Shown: positions 1 through 14,031 of the stretch, piece after piece
How the letters are laid out: each line of letters begins with the position of its first letter
How positions within the stretch are numbered: the stretch's first letter is position 1
Assembly (NCBI GenBank): GCA_951406725.2
Contig: OX597814.1
Span: forward strand, 154,318,001-154,382,000
DNA length: 64,000 nt
Direction: 5' to 3'
Origin: Octopus vulgaris
Taxonomy: Eukaryota
Position numbers and translations under genes: made by a program
The notes under the pieces: generated by a model
Seen by the model: only the letters and a program-made list of their open reading frames with translations
The model's database searches: none
What the model was told of the DNA's origin: nothing

Positions 1-141
1 TTATGAAAATTGTTTATTGAGTTTCTTTTTTTTCTTTCTTTTTCTTTCTGTCTAACTTTCTCATACCTTCTCTTTTTCACTGTTTCTTTCTTTCTTTCAT
101 TCATTCATTCTTTCTTTCTTTCCTTTCTTTCTTTCTTTCTT

Positions 142-189
<48 letters not shown>

Positions 190-843
190 TCCACTTTTTG
201 TTTTCAGTTCTCTACAACTTAATTAATATATCTGTACTTCTAAAACTTTGATAAATATTGCAGTTCATTCATAAAACTATTTTAGATGTAAAATTAAAAA
301 CAAACAAACAAACAAACAAACAAACCCCGCTAGTCTTTAGTTATTAATTCAGAACCTACTCCCCTCCCTTCTGATTTCCCTCCATCTCTTCTCTCTTTCC
401 CAGTCTTCTCTTTTTCTCACTCCTCTCTTTCTCTTACTCTCTCTTTCTCCTCTCTCCCCTCTTTCTCCGCATCATTACTTTAAAAGTTTTTTTTCTTTTG
501 TAGAGATTGGTTGGCTAGATCTGAAATACAGTAACTCCAAAAATTGTTGTTGTTGTTGTTGTTTGGCCTCAGATCTGACTTGATCGATCAAGCAGATCTA
601 CGATCAAAGATATTCCAACCATAACCATTCCATCTAGGCCATTGAGTCTAGTCTGTAGTGAATACAATGCCTCATAATCCAACATATCCTTCTTTTTTAA
701 GACAATAGGATATGACTTTTAGGGTCATTTTATGTCTATTTCTGGAATAGTACATAGCCAAACGGTTAGGCAACTGAACTCCCTAGTATATGATTTTGTG
801 TTCAGTTCCTGGTCCAGTAGGAGCATTGTGTCTTCCCTTTCTT

Positions 844-1260
844 TATTTCTTTACTACCCACAAGGGGCTAAACACAGAGAGGACAAACAAGGACAGACAA
901 ATGGATTAAGTTGATTATATTGACCCCAGTGCATTACTGGTACTTATTTAATCAACCCCGAAAAGATGAAAGGCAAAGTCGACCTCGGCGGAATTTGAAC
1001 TCAGACCGTAGCGGTAGACGAAATACCTATTTCTTTACTACCCACAAGGGGATAAACACAGAGAGGACCAACAAGGACAGACAAATGGATTAAGTCGATT
1101 AAATCGACCCCAGTGCATAACTGGTACTTATTTAATCGACCCCGAAAGGATGAAAGGCAAAGTCGACCTCGGCGGAATTTGAACTCAGAACATAGTGGCA
1201 GATGAAATACCGCTAAGCATTTCGCCCAGCGTGTTAACGATTCTGCCAGCTCGCCGCCTT
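844..1260 (-). mobile_element. tRNA-derived SINE family A (Meta/Sauria-like central domain), head plus duplicated body
   Basis: Head ggcggcgagctggcagaatcg, B-box-like gagttcaaattcc, core gtcgactttgcctttcatcctttcggggtcga. Other near-complete copies at about 11722-11955(-), 12663-12870(+), 20087-20358(-), 46621-46852(-), 47995-48400(-), plus many decayed ones. Confidence 0.85.
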
Positions 1261-1669
1261 CATTGTGTCTTCACTTAACTCCACATTAATCTAGCCTGCT
1301 CATCTGGCAAAAACGAACATTAAAGACTAGAAAAATACCCAATAGAGTACTCAATAAGTATGGTAGCATTAATGTACCAGTGCTACTACCAAGCCTTGAA
1401 GAATATTTAGTTGAATAAATCGATCCCAGTACTTTTTTTTTAAGGCTGGTGCTTATTCCATTGGTCTCTTTTGCTGAACCTCTAATTTATGGAGATGTAA
1501 ACATACCAACATTGGTTGTCAAGCGATGTGGGGGACAAACACAAATACAAAGGCACCCACACACACACACACAGACACACACACAGACGCACAGACAGAC
1601 AGGCAGACAGACAGACAGACAGACACACACACACACACAGACAGACACACAGACTGACAGACAGACAGA

Positions 1670-1709
<40 letters not shown>

Positions 1710-4139
1710 TACGATGTACTTCTTTCAGTCTCCATCTATCAAATACACTCACAAGGCTTTGGGTAACGTGAGGCTATAATGGAAGACACTAGCCCAAGGT
1801 GTCACACAGTAGGACTGAACCTGGAACCGTGTGGTTGGGAAGCAAGCTTCTTACCATATGACCACACCTGTGCTTATATGTGATATGAGTTCAAACACTC
1901 TTTAATCCAATGAAAAGTTTGCTGAGGAGGAGTGACATAACTTGACACAAATGTTGCTACAGGCATTGCAGTCAGAATGCAGAGAGCCACAACAGAAACT
2001 GCAAGCCATTTTATCTGATCATCCACAGTTCTACCAATCTGTCACTGAAAGAATGGAAGGTAAAGTTGACCTTAATGAGATTTGAGCTCAGAATGCAGAA
2101 AATCAAAACAACTACTGCAAGGTATTCTATCCAACACTCTGATAATCTGTTAATATTCTTTATATTACTATATTTGATGGAATTTAAGGGGCAATTTTTT
2201 TTCTAAAAATAATGTCTTAAAAAAAATTTAGGCTCCTCATAAGCTTTAATGCACTAAAAAGTTTTTCCTGAACATGCACTGTCAAAATTAGTGTGCATCT
2301 AACATACATGTATGTCTTCTTTGCCATGAGATATGGTATATAACCTCAGGGTGATACCACTGAAGATAGGTATAGAAAATGGTACTCATGGATGCAGGTG
2401 TGGTAAGAAGCTTGCTTCCCAGCTACATGGTTCTGAGTAAGGTGTCACACAGTGGCTTCTACTATAGCCTCAAGCTGACAACCACCAGCACTACCAGCAC
2501 CATCAATGGCAGTTCTTTCCAATTTAAGCATAAAGCCAGCAATTTCCTGAAGAGAAGGTTAGTCAATACCATTGACCCTAGTACTCTATTAGTACTTTAT
2601 TTCATTGACTTTGGAGGAATGAAAGGTAAGGTGACCTTGGTGGAATTTGAACTCGGAACATAAACATTTAGAACAAATATGGCAAGGCATTTTTCTAGTG
2701 CTCTAATGATTCTGCCAACTTGCCACCTTTAAAAACTGCTTTTAATTTAGGCCCAAGGCTGGCAATTTTGAAGGGAAGGAGTTAGTCAGTTACATGGACT
2801 TCAGTACTGAATTGGTAAATTTATTTTATCAACCCCAGAAGGATGAAATGTAAAACCCAGCTCAAAATGTAGAGAGCTGGAGTAGATACAACAAAGCAAT
2901 TTGTTTTTCTAACACTTTTAACAATTCTGCCAATCCACTACTCTTGATAATGATGATGATAATGATGATAATGATGACGATGATGATGATGACAATTATG
3001 ATGAAGATAATGATGATGTAGATAATGACGTTAATGATGTTATTAGTTGGACTTGTTTTTTTCTCTGTAATCTTAAGAGATATATTTCTAAACTTAACTG
3101 ATGAAAAATTGATGTTTATTCTTCAAATAAAGAGATGTTTCTTAAATGGTTTTATGTTAGAGAACAACTGTTCTGCACTTCCTCCCAGATGACATTAAAA
3201 AACATAAAGTGAATATAATATGCAAAAACAAAATATGTATATATATTTATAAAAAAAAATAAAACAGTGCTATTAAGTTTTAAAACACTAACAAACGTTT
3301 GTGCTTTTGTTAAACCTCTTTGGGCCTTTATGAAAATAAGTAGAAACTTATCAGCTCAATCAGCTAATAATTTGATTGTGGAAAACTGTGCCAGTTTTTC
3401 TAAGATTCTTGTTTGTCATTCAATATCTTTTTTATCTATAAATCTTTCTTCCTTATTTTTTTTTTACTTTAAAAAAATTCTATTACCCCATTTGTTCACT
3501 TCTAGCTCATTCCATCTGTCCAGATGTTTATTCGTTTAAACTACTTTAAAAAATAGTAACTACTTTTATAACTTATGTTTTTAGTAATCCAGTAATCTAT
3601 AGATATGACCATCTGATAAAAACATGTTTTAATAGTCTGAGTTATCTGTGTTTTCTTCCTGGCTGAAGTTTTCTTAAGATGACCTCAACTAATTTCAAGA
3701 AATTTATCTCAACCTTCTCCACAAAGTACAAAGACAAGTCTACACAAGGCAGACAGATTGATAACATTTCTGCACACTCTGCAAGAAATATATACAATTT
3801 TACAATATTTTCATCTGCAAAAAAAATCTGATAAGTGTAGTAGAAAACAAATTGCTGTTGTTTTCCTTCTATTCTTTTTTTCATGCAGTTGTATAATTTT
3901 AAAATGTTCTGGTATTTGTGTTTGTTCTTTGTTTTATGTATTGTAAAAACATATTTCATTACTTACATAACACTAAGTCAAATTGCACTAACCAGTATAC
4001 AATCTAGTAAATTTACTATATTCTACTCTTGTCTCTACTACAAAAAGTACATTAAAATCTATGCTTTCCCTAATGAGGTCATATAAAAATTCAAAACGTC
4101 TGGAATTGTCTCCCTTACTGAAATAATTAAAATAATATT

Positions 4140-4406
4140 TCATTTTTGTATTTGGTCTGCAAGATTCTAGATGTGAATTAGTTTGTTGAAGCAAATTATG
4201 TTGTGTCTGGAGAGAGTCATATTGTCTTAATGCTTTATTATCTAACACACTCACTGGTTCGATTTCCACTCATTTATTGTTTATATCTTTTCTTTCAAAC
4301 TTTGCATTGCTTTTGCAAAGAAAAAAAAAAGAGTGGAAATCTAACCAGTGATTGTGTTAGATAATAAGGCATTAAAACAATATAACTTTCCCCAGACACA
4401 ACATAA
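4140..4406. mobile_element. Fold-back element (same family as 14672-15072 and 31351-31665), decayed
   Basis: Arm ~4196-4271 is inverted at ~4331-4406; sequence aligns by eye with the other two copies. Confidence 0.7.
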
Positions 4407-5357
4407 AATGATATTGATTTCAAATTTTTGGCATAAGGCCAGCAAGTTCAGGGAGGGGTGGCTAGTCAATTATATCAACCCCAGTACTTAACAGGTGCTT
4501 ATTTTATTGATCCCAAAAGGACAAAAGGCAGTTGATCTAGGTGGAATTTGAACTCAGAACTTAAAGATGAATGAAATGTCACTAAGCAATTTTCCTGGTG
4601 TGCTAACGATTCTGCCAGCTTGCTGCCTTTAATGATTAAAATAATATTAATCTTTGATTTATATTGTCTTTTCCTCATTGCATAATTATCTTTAGTTAAG
4701 TTTATTTTTAAGCTTCCTGAATTAAATATGATAATACTGGTGTAACAGTTTTTATTTCTACTTGGTGTTTCAATGCTTTTAGCATTATATATTTAAAGCT
4801 TAGCTGTTAGTTTCTAATAATTTAACTGATATAGAACACTTTGTGGTTTCTGCATATTTATCTTCACATTTTCAACTCTATATTTTGATAAATATAATCC
4901 TTTGTGATAAAAAAGGCTCATGAAATTTAAACTCAGACTCATTAAGCATTAAGAAAATGCAAAAAAGAAAAATAATCCTTTCCTACGTCTGAATTATCTT
5001 AGACGATATGACTCAGTAACTACATACACTGAAGAATTTAGAAATAAATGTGTGTCCAGTTATAAAATGAAATATCATCAGTGGGAATGAACTCACAAAT
5101 CATGAGTTGGTAGCCAGATATTTTATCTACTCAGTCATTTCATTTGTACAACCAGAAATAAATATGAATAATTTAGCTCAGTTATATTCCCATAAAACTT
5201 CTTCAGTAAAAAACACTTTTATAGGCTTAGGCATTGTTGTATGGTTAAAGAGATTGCTTTTCAACTATGTGGTTTCAAGTTCAGTCCCACTGTCTGGCAT
5301 CTTGGGTGAATGTCTTCTACTATAGCTCTAGGATTGACCAGTACCTTGTGAATGAAT

Positions 5358-5625
5358 CTCGCCTGGCCTCCGTGCCGGTGGCACGTAAAAAGCACCATCC
5401 GAGCATGGCCGTTCACCAGCCTCGTCTGGCACCTGTGTCAGTGGCACATAAAAAGCACCCACTACACTCACGGAGTGGTTGGCGTTAGGAAGGGCATCCA
5501 GCTGTAGAAACATTGCCTGATCTGACTGGCCTGGTGCAGCCTTCGGGCTTCCCAGACCCCAGTTAAACCGTCCAACCCATGCCAGCATGGAAAGCGGACG
5601 TTAAACGATGATGATGACGATGACG
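5358..5625 (+). mobile_element. 3' tail of the RTE-clade LINE family (truncated copy), (GAT)n tail
   Basis: Matches the 3' UTR of the RTE at 37141-37640. Further copies at about 22897-23365(-), 34205-34702, 41035-41330, 44955-45325, 48450-48820, 49220-49670. Confidence 0.85.
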
Positions 5626-5629
5626 ATAT

Positions 5630-5969
5630 ATATATATAAAAAAAGGAAATGAAGAAAATGCTGACAAAATAATTTAAGTAATTTAAGTAATTTAATTAGG
5701 TGAAAGTTCTTTTTACCGGTTGCACATTTGTTATGCTTATCAAAAGATAATTTTTTTAAGAGAGATAGAGTTCTTTTCTGATAGATTTTTTCCTCTTATC
5801 TGATAAGAGGAAAAAATCTATCAGAAAAGAACTCTATCTCTCTTAAAAAAATTATCTTTTGATAAGCATAACAAATGTGCAACCGGTAAAAAGAACTTTC
5901 ACCTAATTAAATTACTTAAATTACTTAAATTATTTTGTCAGCATTTTCTTCATTTCCTTTTTATATATC
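5630..5969. repeat. Near-perfect ~340-bp palindrome (1-nt loop at 5801) in (TA)n context
   Basis: ...tcctcttatc T gataagagga...; arms are reverse complements except for the length of the outer A/T run. Confidence 0.95.
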
Positions 5970-5992
5970 ACAACTCGTGTTCCACATCTCCT

Positions 5993-6034
<42 letters not shown>

Positions 6035-6869
6035 ACTGCCTAGGAATGAAACTAGAAATCATATGTTTGGATGTAAAAATAACTAAATAACACAAATTGA
6101 ATTCTGTCAAGGATTGATGACAACAGCAAACGACTAACCCATTCATGTCTCTGATTGTGAAACCAACAGAACCATTAACTCATAAGATTCCAGCTATGAT
6201 AAACAACATATGGAATTGTCATTAACAACTTTGTCTTTGGCACCTTTTCTTTAACAGACCATTGGCTATATATTGATGGTTTTTATCTGTTAACTAGTCA
6301 GTGGCTGCATGTAGTCAAGATCACTGGCTTCAAGAATTCATGTCATTCAACTTGACTATGAATGTGGTAACTTCAATCCAAACCATTCATGGCTATTGCC
6401 ATTGCTAACTCACAGAAACTGACTCGCTTGATTTAGATATTTTTTTCTATTGTTACGACAACATTTTTGTGAACAATAAATGTTTTGTATTTGGAATTTC
6501 ACACAGACTTTTGTTCTTTCATCTGCCAACCATATCAAAATATACCAAATGCTACAGTTGTAATTGTTAGTCTTCTTCCTCTTATTCCAATAATGTTGCA
6601 GCTTCTGGATCTTATACTAAAAAAAGAAATTGTTTAATAACTTCCCAGCAGTACTACATATTCCAGAACTCCAGAACTCCGACAAACAACCATTATTTTT
6701 TTACAAGAATTATTCAAAAATAACTCTGATATTTTTGTTTTACAAGTCAGTCAGCGAAGAAGGAAGAGTAAAGAGGGATATCTGTCCCTTGGACTTTTGG
6801 TAGGTTAGGATCAACATAGTTGATTTTTAATTTTTAATTTGGATTCCTGTAGGTCAATGACTGCAGGGA

Positions 6870-7300
6870 AATATGTAGGTGGGAAAAAGAATTTAAGAGG
6901 ATTTCAGTTGTAAGAAGCAAGATCAAATATAATGCAAATTGTTGGAAACAAGACATAATGAAGGTGATAGGAAGAGTAGAGACGAGTGGATGGGTCAGGA
7001 GGATATGAAGTTAGCTGATTCAGAATGTCAGAAGCCATTGTAGTATTGATAAAAGAGGGGCAGAAAGATGAACTGTTTTTGTAAGCTTGTTGCTGAATAA
7101 ATCATCCTGAATAAAGCCTGTTGCTGAATAAATTATCCTGTGATGATGGAGATATATTATGTGCAGAATTGATGAAGTAAATGCTATCAGGTGTTTACTT
7201 AAGGTCACCTAATCTTTCTTAGAATTCTCAGAAAAATCATAATGTAACAACGAAATATTGGTCATACTGACAAAGACAAATGTAGATGATTAGTAGATGG
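6870..7300 (-). mobile_element. Decayed CR1/Jockey-group LINE 3' fragment
   Basis: Minus-strand translation contains FYQYYNGF, typical of the C-terminus of these LINEs; a similar piece lies at ~33900-34200(-). Confidence 0.5.
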
Positions 7301-7356
7301 AGCCACTAAGATGAATGAGAAGAAGAGAATAATAATAATAATAATAATAACAATAA

Positions 7357-7431
<75 letters not shown>

Positions 7432-9614
7432 GAAGAAGAAGGAGAAGAAGATATATTTCAAACTGAACAGTAATCAAGCTAATCTCCATCAATTATGTGC
7501 ATGCCACCATCCCTAGTCTTAGACTTCCTAAAAAGGCTACAGGTGGATGGGTGGTATTTCTCTATCCTCTTCTACTAATGAATTTGGAAAAAGTAACACT
7601 GAAACAAAACACGTTGCCATTAAGTTTACAAAGCAAACTATACAGCATTTCTTAAACAACCATTTTCCTTTATTCGGAACTGAATATTAAAGAATTTGTA
7701 AACTGGATTCAGTCTTTGGCTGATGTGTTGCTAAAATAAGTAAAAGAAAGAATTAAGTTTCCAATTTCCCTAAAAATTTCCCTACCCACCCTCTTAAAAC
7801 AGAAAAAATGAGAAATTCAAATTTAGCCATTATTGTATAATCCCAAGTCAGTCCTGATCAAGCAGAATGATGATAAACAGCATCCCAGCTACGTCCATTG
7901 TCTTTTTAGATATCAATGATTACATTATCCAACGTGTCTGCCTTTTCTTTTTAAGACGTTAGGATGTTATTTGAAGGAACATGGCTGCTATTCTAGGCAA
8001 GATGAGTGACTATGTAGAGGTCATTGACTTGATACATATTTACTCATTGTTGTTTAAGGTTCCAGATCAGCATTATACCAGTTATATAAATCTACTGCCT
8101 TTTCTAAGCAATACTAGGTATTTTTAATTAGGTATTTTATGTCTATTTCGTTAAATATATTAACAATAATTTAATACATAACACTTAACTTATTGTTATT
8201 CATGCAAATGGTATCTCCAAAATAATAACTGAATGATTAGTCCTGGTTATTTTTATATTTATATAATTTAAATGAATTTATTTGGCACATTTTACCCTAG
8301 TAATTGCTTTCATTTATTGAACTCCAGATGAATGATAGGCTAAGTTAATTTCTGGTGGATTTGAACTTAGAATCTAATGAGAGGGGCAGATCCAAGGTGG
8401 AGGGGGGTGGGGTGAGGGGCTTGTGTCCCCGCCTCAAGAAAAGAAGTGCACCCTTCTAAATAATGTTATTACACCCTTTTCTCCTGGGATTGTTTCCTTC
8501 TGATCTTGTGCCCTTCTGAAAAATTCCTGGGACTGTGCCTGAAAGAGATATAGCTAAATACTGTAACTGTACTAATTTTGCCTACACATGATTGTAAGAT
8601 TAAGGATTAGGTGACGTGTTGTGTTCTTGGGCAAAACACTTCATTTCATGTTGTTCTAGTCCACTCAGCTGGTAAAAATGAATAACTCTGCAAAAGACTG
8701 GTAACCTCTCCAGTGGGGAATATATATGTCAGACAAACCAAGAAACTGGCTCTATACTCTTTACAGAGTGTGAGGACCAGCCATTGCCCTTTTGAAAAAC
8801 AATAATATTCTTTTCATTTTTTTACTGGTTTCAGTCACTGGACTATGGCCATGCTACAGCACTTCCTTCGAAGGTTTTAGTCAATAATTTCAGTCCCAAA
8901 ATCTTTCTGTGGTGATTATTTATCAATCTCTATTGAAAGATTCACAATTTTTCTAGCTCTACAAACATTAGTTAGTAAGTAGTACTGATGATGGGAATGT
9001 TAATATGGGCTTAAGTCTTAACAATTATCTCCATCATCATCATTGTTTTAATGTCCAATTTTCCATGCTTGTATCAGTTGGAATTTATGGAGGCTGATTT
9101 TCTACAGCTGGATACTCTTCCCTTTGCTAATCCTCACCTGTTTCCAAGCAAAGAAATATTTTCCAATAGCTAGTCATATTTTCAGAAGACTCATTTATGT
9201 AATCCACTCACAAGGCTTTGGTCAGTCTAGGGCTATAGCTGAAGAAGCTTGCCCAAGATGCCTCATAGTGGAACTGAACCCAAGATTACATAGTTGAGAA
9301 GAAAGCTTCTCAACTACACAACCATGCCTGAGCTTCCACTCATCAATAAAATAAGCACCAGCCAAAAAACTGTAGCCAATATTAATTGACTATAAGGCAG
9401 TGAGCTGGCAGAATGGTAAGCATGCTGAGCAAAATGCTTACTGGCATTCTGTCTGTCTTTTTGTTCTGAGTTCAAATGCTTCTGAGGTCAACTTTACCTT
9501 TCATCATTTCAAGGTTGACAAATAAGTACCAGTTGAGTACTGGGGTTGATGTAATTGACTTATCCTCTCTCCTGAAGTTGCAAGTCTTGTGCCAAACTTT
9601 GAAACCAATATTAA

Positions 9615-9823
9615 CCCTTTTGTTACCATATTTCTGTTGAGATGCTTTATGTATCTTTCAATTAATTTTAAATATAACAAAGAATTTTGTTATCATTAAG
9701 CTAGTGATAGGAATGTAAATTGTGACTAAGGTTTGGTGAAAGATTCTAATTCAGAACTTTTGAAAACAAAACATTTGTACTACACAGCCAGAGGCGGTTT
9801 CAGGCAGGTTGGTTTCAGAAGGG
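9615..9823. mobile_element. piggyBac-type MITE (TTAA|CCC...GGG|TTAA)
   Basis: TTAA at 9611-9614 and 9824-9827; related partial copies at ~28930-29440 and 58760-58962. Confidence 0.75.
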
Positions 9824-12800
9824 TTAATCAGCTATATTCTTTCCCAAAATTCAAAACTTTGCACATGTGTCTGGCCATAGAAAATCTGCTTCAACAAGTT
9901 CCATCTGACCCATGCAAGAAAGGAAAAATGGATGTTAAATGATAATGACAGTGATGATGGAGGTTGAACAGTGAAGTTTGACACCAGTGGAATTTGAACT
10001 CAGAAAATAAAGAGACATAATTAAGAACTGCAAAAAGTTTTTTCCAGTACTGTTCTCATTCTGCAAATCCATCAATTCTATAAAGTAATTTATCTTGTTT
10101 ACTTTACCTTATTAAACTTAATTCCTTTATCCTGCCTTGGGAGGATGAAAGGCAAAGTAAGACCGCAGAATTTGAACTCATTAATTGCTTTCCTTTTTAA
10201 TGAATAATTTACTTTTTTTACTAGAAAGAAAAATTATTTTCAAGGAAACTATAATTATTTTCATAGCCATCTGTGTACCATACTTAACATATATACATGA
10301 CTGAGATACATGATGCTGTGGTTTTTGTCAGTATAAGCAATTGAAACAGCGTTAAATTAAAACAGCCAGCTGTGTACCATATTTAACGCATTAAAGGCAT
10401 GATGCCGTGGTTTTTGCCTGAGAGAAAAATCTTTTCATATGCATGTACTGGAGCAAGGCAAACATTATCTCAGCAGTAACTTATGACAATGTCAGATGTA
10501 TTTTGGCTTTCTTGGGCCTTGTCAATAATGTGCACCTACTTGTCATATGCATTAACAAAATTTGGTTCTCCTCCCATATGGGAAACAGTGAATAATGTAT
10601 TCACTGATAATGCAGAAAGCTTGCTGGGCAGAAAAAAATTGGTGTATGCAATTGAAACAGCATTAAATTAAAATAACCATTTGTGTATTGTATTTGAAAA
10701 GCAAAGCATGATTCTATGATTTTTGTATGGGAAAAAAATCTCTTCATAAAGATGTGCTAAAAAATACAATATATATATCAGAACAAAGTGGTTTACCCAT
10801 ACATAATGCTAAGTTATTTATACAATAATGAATCTAGTGTGTGTCCAGAAATGTTCTACTGCTGTTGCTGTTTCTTCTTCTTCTTCTTCTTCTTCTTCTT
10901 CTTCTTCTTCTTCTTCTCCTCCTCCTCCTTCTTCCTTGTCCTCATTCTGCTGCTGCAGTAGCAAACAGCTTAGAGTAGTTAGCAGCAAATTCTTTTTGTA
11001 ATGGCTCACTTTTGGTATTTTTTCTTGTAACATTTGCCCAAAGCCCACATGTAATATCAATCATGTCAAACATAGAAAAATATCCCTAAGTATCTTTTAA
11101 TTTTCTTCACTGTCAATACTTTTGTAATAAAAAATTAAACAAACCTTGACAAAAAAAGACTATCTGAAAGCCATCCACTGCTTAATGGCCCATAAATACA
11201 TTTACACATTGGTTCTCGAGCCTCACTTCTCATTTTGAATTGGGGTCCCAAAACAATGCCATTAATTTTCATGATTGTCAAGATACCTTTATACCATATT
11301 GTATGTGAGGCAAGGATCATGTAGTGTGTTCTACTCAATAATCTCTGATGGGTCATTTTGGTACCTAAGTTCATATGAGAAACTAGACTCTCCAGCGGGT
11401 CATGCAATTTCTACTGGTGTGGGCACATCTAATTTCCACAAATTTAAAAAAAAAAAGATTTTGGTATTCATGGTAAATAAAATGCCTTTTGTTCCTTTCT
11501 ATTTTGCTAATTATATTTTCTGTTACTCAGCCTTTTATTTTATCTCATTAATGGTGATAATCAGTATAATATAAATGTGATAAAAAAAAAAGTAAAAAGA
11601 AAGAAAATGGTAAAACATAGGTGCAAAAGTGGATGTCAGGTAAGAAGCTTGCTTCCCAACCCCATGGCTCCAGATTCAGTCCCAATGCATTGCAGCTGAC
11701 CAACGGTTTGAAAATAGATTTTTATTTCTTTCTTGCCCACAACGGGCTAAACATAGAGGGGACAAACAAGGACAGACAAAGGAATTAAGTCGATTAGATC
11801 GACCCCGGTGTGTAACTGGTACTTAATTTATCGATCCCAAAAGGATGAAAAGCAAAGTTGACCTTGGCAGAATTTGAACTCAGAACGTAATGGCAAACAA
11901 AATACCACTAAGCATTTCACCTGGCGCATTAACGATTCTGCCAACTCGCTGCCTTCTTCCTTAGAATAGATTTGTTAGACAGAAACTGAATGAAGCCCAT
12001 CATATATATATATGGCGGTATATATAAAGCACCGAGTGCACTCTGTTAAGTGGTTGGTATTAGGAAGGGCATCCAGCCATAGAAACTATGTCTCAACAGA
12101 CAGCTCTCTGCTAGCCAGCTCCATGTCAAACTGTCCAACCCATGTCAACATGGAAAGTGGATGTTGAATGATGATGATGATGCATGTATGTATATCTCTG
12201 AATGTATGTGTCTTTGTGTATGTGTTTGTTCCCCACCACTGCTTGATGAGTGGTGTTAGTTTATTTACATCCTTGTAACCTAACAGTTCAGAAAAAGAGA
12301 TCAATAGAATAAGTACCGGGTTTTGCAAAAAAAAAAAAATTGTCCTGGTGCCCCAGCATGGCCTCAGTCAAATGGCTGATGCAAGTACAAGATAGAAAAG
12401 AAATGTTCTAGTGCACCATAATTACACACTTAAGCAATTGCAGCATGCCAGCTCCCAAAAGAATCATACTGGTGGGTTTTCCAAACATACCACCATGACC
12501 ACCTGGTTGGTTGTATGGGAACAAACATATTAAATTTGAACCTTGTTTTAGAGTACATTTTAAGGCCAAAAGCCCATAGAGAACATCTCAGTGGTTCATG
12601 AGTTGCTGACTCTTGTTTAGAGAAAGGTGCTGCATGAGACAAGATATCAATCATCAGGCGATGAAGGCAGAGAGATGGCAGAAACGTTAGCACGCCGGGC
12701 AAAATGCTGCTATGTTCTGAGTTCAAATTCCGCCGAGGTTGACTTTGCCTTTTATCCTTTCAGGGTCGATTAAATAAGTACCAGTTAAGCACTGGGGTCG

Positions 12801-13965
12801 ATGTAATCGACTTTATCCATTTGTTTGTCCCCTCTGTGTGTAGCTCCTTGTGGGCAGTAAAGAAATAAGATATCATCATCTTCATTATCATCATTTAAGT
12901 GTTCCCTTTTCTATGCTTGTAAGGGACAAAACAGAATTTGTTGAGGTAGATTTTTCTGACAGGATATTCTTCCTGTTGCCCACTCTTACTTATTTCCAAG
13001 TAAAGTAATACTTACCATGGCCAGACATGTTTTCTATGGGACACTGGAAATAAACAACACTGCTTATATAACAGTGATGCTTGTTTACAACCATCATGAT
13101 GTCAAGACAAGGAGACAGTAACACACACACGACAGGCTTCTTTCAGTTTCTGTCTACAAAATCCACTCACTGCTTGGGACTATATCAGAAGATGCCCAAA
13201 GTGCCAAGCAATGAGACTGAACCCAAAACCATGTGGTTGGAAAGCAAGCTTTTTAACCACTTAGCTATGACTGCGTATTCTCACAAACAATGAATAAATG
13301 GATAACAAGTATATATTCCACCTGAGTAACTGCCAGTGAACCAATGATTGTTCTGTCAGAAAAATGTTACCAAAGAAGCTATTGTTTTCAAAATGCATCA
13401 AATAAAATAGAAATTAAAAATAAATAAGTAAATAAAAAAGAAAATCATTCAAAATTGAACTTTATTCATTGTTTAAAATTTAAAGAAACATAATTTTTTT
13501 TGTTATTTAAAATTTTATTTCTCCAAAATACCATTCTTTGTATACTAGTGTGTATGTGTATTTGTATGTAAGTGTGTATGCATGAGAAGGTGTGTCTGCA
13601 TGTATGTATGCATGTGTGTGAGTAACATGTGCTTGTGTATATAAGGGGTGTGATTCTGGTACATGTATGTAGGAGGATGCATGCATGTGTTTGTGTGTGT
13701 GTAAGTGTGCATGTAGGGGGTTTGTGTATGTGTGTATGTATGTATGTATGTATGCAAGAGAATGTGTCTGTGTATGTATGAATGTGTGGTCTGTGTCTGT
13801 GTAGCTGTATATAGAGGAAGGGTGTGTATCTGTGTGCATGCATGTAAGATAGTGTGTATGTATGTATGTATGTAGGATGATGTATGTCAGTGTGTATATA
13901 TCTGCTTGATTATTTTCCTTCATTTCCTCTTGGACTCTCTCTTTCTTTCTTTCTTTCTTTCTTTC

Positions 13966-14031
<66 letters not shown>

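Noticed and set aside
3679-3831. 50-aa plus-strand ORF MTSTNFKKFISTFSTKY...
   Set aside because: Length expected by chance; no recognisable motif or splice context.
11135-11574. Overlapping 90-aa and 99-aa ORFs in unique sequence
   Set aside because: No recognisable domain and no convincing acceptor; cannot be supported from sequence alone.
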